Origin: Longimicrobium sp.
Lineage (GTDB): Bacteria; Gemmatimonadota; Gemmatimonadetes; Longimicrobiales; Longimicrobiaceae
Direction of reading: 5' to 3'
DNA length: 64,000 nt
Assembly (NCBI GenBank): GCA_036387335.1
Contig: DASVTZ010000177.1
Coordinates: 2,413 to 66,412 of the forward strand
Part shown: positions 38,474-45,592 of the stretch, piece by piece
Position numbering within the stretch: position 1 is the stretch's first letter
Layout of the letters: each line of letters begins with the position of its first letter
Notes under the pieces: model-generated
The model's database searches: none
Told to the model about the DNA's origin: nothing
What the model saw: the letters and a program-made list of their open reading frames with translations, nothing else
Program-made: the position numbers and the translations under genes

Positions 38474-39733
38474 CTAAGGCCGAAACACTTCAGACTTCCC
38501 GAGTTGTGGCTGCAGCGCGGAAGTCAATGACGCCATCGCGTCTACTAACGCCGACTGAATCGCGGCCCACTGCTCCTCGGGTGCTGTCAAACCGCGGTCG
38601 GTTACTGTGTAGCGGATCTCGGATCGGCGGTTGTCGTCGAGACGCTCCCACTCAAGAGGCGCGCCGAAGGATGCTTCGATCGCAGACCTATTTCTATGCA
38701 GTGCATCGAAGGCTTCTTTGTTTTTGTCCTTGTCATTCGTGCCGATCATGAGCTCGACAGCGGTTGCGTCGGTCCAAACGACGTAATTCCAACTGTATCC
38801 CGTAATTCCGACAGCTCCACCTAGCCAATGCGCAGTAGTGGGCGATCGGTTGGCATGGAAGGGCAAGCCCTTTCTCCTCGCTCTGTCGAGCAACTGCTTC
38901 CAGAATCGAAGCCGGCGATCATCGCGTGTCTCAGCCTGCTTTTTATCGGATCGTCGGCTCGGATCGAGATCGGCTATCTGATCGATGATGACACGCCCAA
39001 GTTGACGTGTGTTCAGCGGATTCCCGTTTCGATTGAGCAGTCCGATCTGTAGCTGCAACGCGATTTCCCGCAGCACTGGTTTCGTCGGGGTCACGTGATG
39101 CCCATCCTTCTCGACTTCGATACTCCCGCTCTCCAACGCCCGGATGGCGTACGGCCCAAACTCGACCACCGTAGCGAGTGAGTCTCCGTGTTTCCGAGTG
39201 GGTTGTTGCTCAACTAGGTCGGGCGCGGTCCGTACGGCCTCTACCTTAGGCGCGCGCAACGCTTCCTCAATGACTCCACTCAGCCTGGAGAACAGCTCTT
39301 CGCGCCGGGCGGAGCGGAGCGCGACCAAGGGCTTGGAAGGACTGTTCACCGCCTGAAAGTCACAGAGCCCCTCAGTCTGCTCGAAACGGCAAGGTTTGAT
39401 GATTACTGGTAGGATCAGGGTTCCCCGTTTCTCCGCCGCCCTAAGAAGCGGTGGCAACTCGTCCATCGTAATGAAATCAGACGCAAGGAAATCGGCGGTG
39501 ACCAGCAGCACCGCCACTCTCGCGTGCTCTAATGCATTTCGGATCTCCTCTCGCCAACGGGTGCCGGGTTTGATCCTTGTGTCGTCCCACAAGGTGATTG
39601 CACCCTGCCGTTCCAGTGGTTTCAGGTGTACCCGCAGTCGCTGCAGCCACGTTGTGTCTGCGTGGCTGTACGAAACAAATACCAGGTTCTGACCGGCGGA
39701 GCTAACGGCAGAGGTAGCGGGTCGTGGGCTCAT
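38474..39733 (-). CDS. TIR-domain protein with central small helical domain and C-terminal DUF4268-like domain
   Basis: VFVSYSHAD..LWDDTRIKPG..LLVTADFLASDFITMDEL (TIR with catalytic-position Glu); RFWKQLL..FDALH..IEASFGAPLEWERLD (DUF4268-like); visibly AT-richer than its flanks. Confidence 0.85.
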   Translation of the reverse strand: MSPRPATSAVSSAGQNLVFVSYSHADTTWLQRLRVHLKPLERQGAITLWDDTRIKPGTRWREEIRNALEHARVAVLLVTADFLASDFITMDELPPLLRAAEKRGTLILPVIIKPCRFEQTEGLCDFQAVNSPSKPLVALRSARREELFSRLSGVIEEALRAPKVEAVRTAPDLVEQQPTRKHGDSLATVVEFGPYAIRALESGSIEVEKDGHHVTPTKPVLREIALQLQIGLLNRNGNPLNTRQLGRVIIDQIADLDPSRRSDKKQAETRDDRRLRFWKQLLDRARRKGLPFHANRSPTTAHWLGGAVGITGYSWNYVVWTDATAVELMIGTNDKDKNKEAFDALHRNRSAIEASFGAPLEWERLDDNRRSEIRYTVTDRGLTAPEEQWAAIQSALVDAMASLTSALQPQLGKSEVFRP

Positions 39734-39876
39734 CTTAGTAGCTGGCTCAGTAAACGGATGCAGCTAAACCTCAGCCGTCCCGACGGGTAGAACAAGGATC
39801 ATTATGTACCCCAGTAACCGTTCTAATCCTCGGTGTCAACATCGGGACGACGACTTGGACTTCGTGGTATCTGCAG

Positions 39877-39921
39877 AATCCAATACGAATCCTACTAACA
39901 ATCCAATACAAATCCTACTAA
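39877..39921. repeat. 22 bp tandem direct repeat in the divergent promoter region
   Basis: AATCCAATACGAATCCTACTAA (39877) and AATCCAATACAAATCCTACTAA (39900), one mismatch, 23 bp period. Confidence 0.8.
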
Positions 39922-40132
39922 GCTTGAATAGTACTTCTCTGAACTCCTTACGAGGGGCCCTGGGGCGTTTTCGCCTGCGGGGCCTTTTTCGCGCCCGCAC
40001 GTGCGTGCCGGTACCAGCCCCCCCGCTTGCGCTCGGACTGAAACGTGCATGGGCGGCGGGCTTCGTTTGCGGTACGGACCCCGGCGGGCTCGCCCGCACC
40101 TCGTCAACGACCTCGACGGAACGGCTAGCGAA

Positions 40133-40855
40133 ATGGACCAGCAGCAGAGCAAGACGCGGGGCGTCGCGGACATCGTCTTCCTGATCGACGTGTCGGGGAG
40201 CATGGCCCCGGCGATCGACGCGCTTAAGGCGAACATCGGGACGTTCGTGGAGTCGCTGAGCAAGGGGGAGGGGAACAACGTGTCGCCCGTGCGCGACTGG
40301 CGCGCCAAGGCGGTGGGCTACCGCGACTTCGACCACGACGCGGAGCCGTTCATCGACAACCCCTTCGTCACCGACGTGGAGGCGCTCCGGTCGCAGCTCG
40401 CCGGGCTGACGGCGGAGGGCGGCGAGGACGAGCCGGAGTCGCTCCTGGACGCGCTCTTCAAGGTCGCGAACATGGGGCAGACGGAGAAGGGCGCGCAGAG
40501 CCTGGACGCGACCAGGTGGCGCTACCGCAGCGACGCGGCGCGTGTAGTCGTCGTGTTCACCGACGCCTCGTTTAAGCCCGCGATGACCATCCCCGAGGCC
40601 AAGGGCGGCGGCGTGCAGGACGTGACCAACGCCGTCATCAACAACCGCATCATCCTGAGCCTCTTCGCCCCCGACATGCCCGGCTACGACGAGCTGAGCC
40701 AGATCGACAAGTCGGAGTGGGAGGCGATCTCGTACCCCGGGATGAACCCGCAGGAGGCGCTGGTGAAGTTCACCACCGACCAGGCGAACTTCAAGAACAC
40801 GCTGCGCCAGCTCGCGGCCAGCGTGTCGAAGTCGGCGGAGACGGTAGCGCTTTGA
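40133..40855 (+). CDS. vWA domain protein
   Basis: DIVFLIDVSGSM (MIDAS DxSxS), VGYRD, GGEDEPESLLDAL, VVVVFTDA; start at MDQQQS. Confidence 0.9.
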   Translation: MDQQQSKTRGVADIVFLIDVSGSMAPAIDALKANIGTFVESLSKGEGNNVSPVRDWRAKAVGYRDFDHDAEPFIDNPFVTDVEALRSQLAGLTAEGGEDEPESLLDALFKVANMGQTEKGAQSLDATRWRYRSDAARVVVVFTDASFKPAMTIPEAKGGGVQDVTNAVINNRIILSLFAPDMPGYDELSQIDKSEWEAISYPGMNPQEALVKFTTDQANFKNTLRQLAASVSKSAETVAL

Positions 40856-40861
40856 ACGGAT

Positions 40862-40930
40862 AGTGCTGAGTGCTAAGTGCTAAGTGCTGGGTTGAAGGCA
40901 CTTAGGACTTAGCACTTAGGACTCAGCACT
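40862..40930. repeat. Inverted heptamer arrays (AGTGCTA)n/(TAGCACT)n between the vWA and kinase genes
   Basis: agtgctg agtgcta agtgcta agtgct ... gcact taggact tagcact taggact cagcact. Confidence 0.8.
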
Positions 40931-40954
40931 CACGCACCTCTCCTGCATTCCGCG

Positions 40955-42346
40955 ATGGCCAAGAAGCTAAAAGTCGGCGACGAGATCAACGGGTACCGGA
41001 TCACCGACGTGTTCGGGCCGGGGGCGATGGCCATCTCGTATGGGGCGGTGAACGGCGCGGGGCAGCGCGTCTTCTTCAAGCAGTACAAGTCGCCGGCGGT
41101 GACGGTGGACTGGTACCGCGACTACGTGCGATACCAGAAGGAGCTCAACCGCCGCATCGCCGAGAGCCCGGCGCGGAACTACTGCGTGCGCGCCATCGAC
41201 GCGTTCGAGGCGGTGTGGGGCGGGCGCAACTACTTCCAGGTCTTCGAGTTCGTGGAGAACGGCGCGGACCTGGGCGGGATCTTTGAGCGCGAGGCGGCGG
41301 AGAACGGCGGCCGCCTGCTCACGGTGCCGTTCAGCTCGCGCCTGTGGGAGCAGCACCTGATCTGGGCCAAGGTGCTGATGTCCGGCATCGATACGCTCCA
41401 CAAGGCGAAGGTGGCGCACGCGGACCTGAAGCCGGACAACGCGTTCCTGATCGAGGACCCCTCCATCGCGGCCGGCTTCCAGCTCAAGCTGATCGACGTG
41501 GACTTCTCGATCCTCACGGACCAGACGGCGCCCTGGCACGGGAAGCAGGGGTACGTGGGGACCGACAACTACCGGTCGCCCGAGCACTTCACCGCGGGCG
41601 CCACGCCGGGTGCCGCGTCGGACGTCTTCACCTGCGGGCTGATCCTCTACCAACTGCTGACCGGCCGCCATCCCTACTGGTCGGACGACCAGGCGGAGTA
41701 CGCGAAGATGGCCCTGGCGCACGCCGCCGAGCGGCCCATCCTGGGCGGCGCGGTGCCGGCTCCCGCCAGCGCCGAGGCCATCGCGGAGGTCATGCACCGC
41801 TGCCTCGCCCCGCGCGCCGCGGACCGCCCCACCGCCACCGAAGTCCGCGACGTGCTCACCGGGCGCGCGGGCGGCATCGCGGTGAAGGCGGCGCCCGCGC
41901 CCGCGCCCGCTGCCGCGCCCACGCCCGCGCCCGCGCCGGCCGCGCCTGCACCGCCGCCGGCCGCACCGCGCGCGCCGCAGCCGGCGCCCGCTCCGCCAGC
42001 GCCCGCCGCGTCGGGAGGGGACGGCGCGCCGATCCGCTCGGAGCGCATCCAGCTCGTGGGCGAGTCCGGGGAGGTGCTGACGATGGGGACGCGGACGCCG
42101 CTGGGGAAGCACATCGTCCGCCAGTTCGGAGCCGACTTCAACGTGTGGGATGCGGAGCAGTGCGCCGTGGAGCGCGGGGCCGACGGGGTCTGGCAGGTCG
42201 TGCCGGTTCCGGGTACGACCAACGAGACGCTGCTGAACGGCCAGACGCTGACCGGTGCGCACCCCCTACGCGAGGGCGACGTGATCGCGGTGGGGCGTGC
42301 GGCCAAGGGGATCGCGAAGCTGCCGCTCACCGTGCGAGCGGGCTGA
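40955..42346 (+). CDS. Hanks-type Ser/Thr protein kinase with Pro/Ala linker and C-terminal FHA-like domain
   Basis: GPGAMA G-loop, FFKQY Lys, HADLKPDN catalytic loop, IDVDFS, YRSPE, DVFTCGLILYQLLTG; TTNETLLNG..GDVIAVG FHA-like. Confidence 0.92.
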   Translation: MAKKLKVGDEINGYRITDVFGPGAMAISYGAVNGAGQRVFFKQYKSPAVTVDWYRDYVRYQKELNRRIAESPARNYCVRAIDAFEAVWGGRNYFQVFEFVENGADLGGIFEREAAENGGRLLTVPFSSRLWEQHLIWAKVLMSGIDTLHKAKVAHADLKPDNAFLIEDPSIAAGFQLKLIDVDFSILTDQTAPWHGKQGYVGTDNYRSPEHFTAGATPGAASDVFTCGLILYQLLTGRHPYWSDDQAEYAKMALAHAAERPILGGAVPAPASAEAIAEVMHRCLAPRAADRPTATEVRDVLTGRAGGIAVKAAPAPAPAAAPTPAPAPAAPAPPPAAPRAPQPAPAPPAPAASGGDGAPIRSERIQLVGESGEVLTMGTRTPLGKHIVRQFGADFNVWDAEQCAVERGADGVWQVVPVPGTTNETLLNGQTLTGAHPLREGDVIAVGRAAKGIAKLPLTVRAG

Positions 42347-42442
42347 GGGAACGGAGAGAACGCGGCGGAGCTTCGCCGCTGGAGGAGGGCGCGATGATCG
42401 CCATCGAGCCGACCCAGTCGTGACCGCATGTGGAGGACGACC

Positions 42443-43276
42443 GTGACGGAGAGCAAGAACACGCCCGAAGAGGGAACCGCATCCACCACTCCGCTGGAGG
42501 AGGCACCGCTCGCGACCCCGACGCCTGAGGAGGGGACCGCGTCCATGGGAGCTGCTCCATCGACCGGCGACACCGCGGCGGCGACTCCTGCGCCCGTAAC
42601 CGAAACACCGGCCGTGGATGCCGATGCCACGTTGATCTCGCCGCCGCCCGCCGACGCGACGCTCGAATCGCCCGCGGCTACGTCCACCGAGGGAGGCGCA
42701 GTCGTGGAAGCGCCGCCCGCGGAATCCGGCACGGAAGCACCGGCCTCGGAGGCGCCGACCACCGAGACTGCGACGGAAGCACCGGCTGCGGAGGCACCGC
42801 CCGTCGAAGCGCCGGCCGCGGAGCTGCCGACTACCGAGACTCCGGCGGAAGTGCCGGCCGCCGAGGCGCTCACGCCGCCCAGCGCTCCCGCCACGGACGC
42901 TTCGGCCGGGGCACCCGCCGCGGTGCCCCCGACGCTCCCGGCCGATCCGCCGGGGGGCGCGCTCCGTTCCGAGCGCATCAACCTCGTCTCGTCGGCCGGC
43001 CAGGCGATGACGGTGGGGGTGCGGACGCCACTGGGGAAGCACGTCGTGCGGCGCTTCGGCGAGGAGTCGAACGTGTGGGATACGGAGCAGTGCGTGCTGG
43101 AGCGCGGGCCGGATGGCGCCTGGCAGATCGTTCCGGGTGAGGGCACCACCAACGAGACGCTGCTGAACGGCGAGGCGATCACCTCGCCCCGGCCGCTCCA
43201 CGACGGCGACGTGATCGCGGTGGGCCGGGTGGAGAAGGGGATCGTGAAGCTGCCGCTCACCGCGCGGCAGGGCTGA
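42443..43276 (+). CDS. FHA-like domain protein with long acidic Thr/Pro-rich disordered N-terminus
   Basis: GTG start after GGAGG; ~170 aa E/A/P/T-rich region; C-terminal domain about two-thirds identical to the kinase FHA-like domain. Confidence 0.85.
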   Translation: MTESKNTPEEGTASTTPLEEAPLATPTPEEGTASMGAAPSTGDTAAATPAPVTETPAVDADATLISPPPADATLESPAATSTEGGAVVEAPPAESGTEAPASEAPTTETATEAPAAEAPPVEAPAAELPTTETPAEVPAAEALTPPSAPATDASAGAPAAVPPTLPADPPGGALRSERINLVSSAGQAMTVGVRTPLGKHVVRRFGEESNVWDTEQCVLERGPDGAWQIVPGEGTTNETLLNGEAITSPRPLHDGDVIAVGRVEKGIVKLPLTARQG

Positions 43277-43284
43277 GACGGCGT

Positions 43285-43674
43285 ATGGCGTGGAAGTGCC
43301 CCCAGTGCGGCTTCGTCCACGAGGACGACGCTACCCTGAGCTGCGAGGCGTGCGGCTTCACCCGTGCCGGGAAGCTCGTGCTCGTGTCCGAGGAGACCAC
43401 GAAGCAGCTCAGCGTGGGGGTGGACACCGCCATCGGCAAGCGGCTGCTGGAGAGCTTCGCGGGCGGCGACCACGTGTACGCGGCGGACCCGCAGTTCCTG
43501 GTGGCGCGCGACCTGGTGCGGGGCGGGTGGAGCATCTCCCCCGCACCCGCCACCAAGAACCCGACCTTTCTCAACGGCGCGGCGCTCGGCGACGCGCCGG
43601 CGCCGCTGGTGAAGGGCGCCATCATCTCCATTGGCCCGACCCGGCTGCGGCTGCGCGTCGAGAGCGAACCGTGA
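43285..43674 (+). CDS. Zn-ribbon plus FHA-like domain protein
   Basis: WKCPQCG..CEACG (RanBP2-like); IGK..TKNPTFLNG..GAIISIG. Confidence 0.8.
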   Translation: MAWKCPQCGFVHEDDATLSCEACGFTRAGKLVLVSEETTKQLSVGVDTAIGKRLLESFAGGDHVYAADPQFLVARDLVRGGWSISPAPATKNPTFLNGAALGDAPAPLVKGAIISIGPTRLRLRVESEP

Positions 43675-44924
43675 TCCAGCCCGACGATCTCCCCACCGAT
43701 GGCGCGCCGGAAGCCGGCGAGAACGCGCCGCTCGTGCCCGAAGCCGCGCCTGCCGCCGAGCCGCCGCCGGAAGACACGCCCGCTCCGGCCGTGGAACCGG
43801 CGCCTGCGCCTGAACCGGCCGCTGCCCCGGCCGTCAGCGGATCCGCGGGCCTGGTGAACGTGCTGGAAGTGCGGGAGCTGGACTGGGATGCCATCCGCGC
43901 CGCCGTCAGCACCCCGTTCGAGCAGGAGCGGGCGGAGCGGATCATCGGGCGGATGGAGGAGCGGCTGGCGGGGGGCGGGCCTCTGGGGCTCGCCTTCGAG
44001 GAGTACGCGGCGGGACCGGACGACCGCGCGGTGCTGATCGGCGAGGACTGGCCGGTAGGCGAGGTGTGGTTCGTGGGCGATCTGCACGGCGACCTGCTGG
44101 CGCTGGAGTCCGCGCTCCAGCACATCGACCGGAGCGGCGGCGGGGCGGATGCGCGCATCGTCTTCCTGGGCGACCTGTTCGACGACGGGGTGCACTCGGC
44201 CGAGGTCGTGCTGCGCATCTTCGAGCTGCTGCTGGACGGGCCCATGCGCGTGACCGTGGTGACGGGCAACCACGACGACGCGGTGCAGTGGGAGGACGGG
44301 CGCTTTCAATCGACCGTCCTGCCATCCGACTTCACGGACTGGCTGAACCAGGCCACCGCGGACGGCCACCCCTGGGCGGAGCGGCTGGGGCGGACAATCG
44401 TGCACTTCTTTCGCCGCACGCCGCGCGCGCTCTTCTTTCCAGACGGGCTGTTGGTGGCGCACGGCGGGATTCCGCACACGGACCTGCACCCCGTGCTGGC
44501 CGAGTGCCGGGACTGGAACGACCCGCGCGTGCTGCAGGACTTCGTCTGGCTGCGCGCCCATCCGCGCGCCCGCAAGCGCATCCCCAACCGCACCACGCGG
44601 GGGAGCGAGTTCGGGCGCGAGGACTTCGCGGCCTTCTGCGATCTGGCCACGCGGCTGGGGCGCCCGGTGAGCCGCATGCTGCGCGGCCACGACCACGTGG
44701 AGGAGCGCTTCGCCGTCTTCCCCGCCTGGGCGGAGCACCCCGCGCTCACCATCAACACCCTGTCGCACCGGCTTCCGCGCGAGGTGTTCGGGCCGTACGA
44801 GCGGGTGCCGGTCGTGGCGCGCTGGGTGCGCGGCGAGCTTCCGGAGGTGCGGCGGCTGTTCATCCCGCCCGAGCTGATCCGCGAGATCTACCCCGAGCCC
44901 GGCGGCGCGACGGAGGGCGGATGA
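43671..44924 (+). CDS. PPP-family (PP1-like) Ser/Thr metallophosphatase
   Basis: GDLHG, GDLFDDG, GNHD, HGG, DFVW, RGSEFG, RGHDH; GTG start overlapping the upstream stop. Confidence 0.88.
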   Translation: MIQPDDLPTDGAPEAGENAPLVPEAAPAAEPPPEDTPAPAVEPAPAPEPAAAPAVSGSAGLVNVLEVRELDWDAIRAAVSTPFEQERAERIIGRMEERLAGGGPLGLAFEEYAAGPDDRAVLIGEDWPVGEVWFVGDLHGDLLALESALQHIDRSGGGADARIVFLGDLFDDGVHSAEVVLRIFELLLDGPMRVTVVTGNHDDAVQWEDGRFQSTVLPSDFTDWLNQATADGHPWAERLGRTIVHFFRRTPRALFFPDGLLVAHGGIPHTDLHPVLAECRDWNDPRVLQDFVWLRAHPRARKRIPNRTTRGSEFGREDFAAFCDLATRLGRPVSRMLRGHDHVEERFAVFPAWAEHPALTINTLSHRLPREVFGPYERVPVVARWVRGELPEVRRLFIPPELIREIYPEPGGATEGG

Positions 44925-45499
44925 GCCGCGTCGTCGCGCGCTGCCCCAACTGCGGCGTGGAGAACGACGACGCCCGGGGCGGCCCGTGCGAGGTGTGCGG
45001 CACCGAGCTGCGCTTCTGGTGCCGCCTGCACGGGGCGGAGACGGGGTGGCTCGACTCCCCTGACTGCCCCCGCTGCGCCGCGGAGGAGCAGGCGCGCCGC
45101 TCGCGCCCGGCGCCGCCGCCCGCGCCCGCTCGGCGGCCCGCCCCCTCTCGCTGGCGCCGCCGCGCTCCCGTCGAGCGCCCGCACGTTCCGCCCCCCGAGC
45201 CCGCCCGCGACCCGCGCGAAGTGCTGCGCGAGAGCGCCGAGGACCTGCGCCCGTACATGGAGGCCGGGGCGGACGTGGCGAATCGGCTAGTCCGCGCGAC
45301 GTTCGCCGTGATCCGCAGCGTCATCCTGTTCGGAGTGCTGGGCGCGATCGTGGGCGGAGTGTTCGCCTACAACCAGCGCGGCGACCTGGTGTGGCCGGTG
45401 ATCTCCGGGGCCCTCATCGGTGGCGCGGTTGGCCTCTTCTTCGGCGGCATCGGCGCGCTCCGCATCCTATTCGCGGGCACCTCTCGCCGCGTTCGGTAA
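44921..45499 (+). CDS. Double Zn-ribbon protein with two C-terminal Gly-rich TM helices
   Basis: CPNC, CEVC, CxxH, CPRC; Pro/Arg linker; FGVLGAIVGGVF and GALIGGAVGLFFGGIG; ATGA overlap. Confidence 0.8.
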   Translation: MSRVVARCPNCGVENDDARGGPCEVCGTELRFWCRLHGAETGWLDSPDCPRCAAEEQARRSRPAPPPAPARRPAPSRWRRRAPVERPHVPPPEPARDPREVLRESAEDLRPYMEAGADVANRLVRATFAVIRSVILFGVLGAIVGGVFAYNQRGDLVWPVISGALIGGAVGLFFGGIGALRILFAGTSRRVR

Positions 45500-45509
45500 A
45501 AAAACAGGG

Positions 45510-45582
45510 CTCACGCGGAGACGCGGAGACGCAGAGGAGAGGGGCAAGAGTTCCCTCCCGCGTCTCCGCGTCTCCGCGTGAG
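45510..45582. repeat. CTCACGCGGAGACGCGGAGAC inverted-repeat element
   Basis: ctcacgcggagacgcggagacgc..gcgtctccgcgtctccgcgtgag between convergent genes. Confidence 0.85.
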
Positions 45583-45592
45583 AGTGCAGTTC

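Noticed and set aside
38003-38751. ORFs overlapping the tRNA cluster and antisense to the TIR gene
   Set aside because: They overlap tRNAs or the TIR gene, lack an RBS and have no motifs
40133-45499. Canonical TerY-P triad or type VI secretion phospho-module (PpkA/PppA/Fha)
   Set aside because: The phosphatase is PPP, not PP2C; no ter or T6SS structural genes; the kinase lacks TM or periplasmic parts
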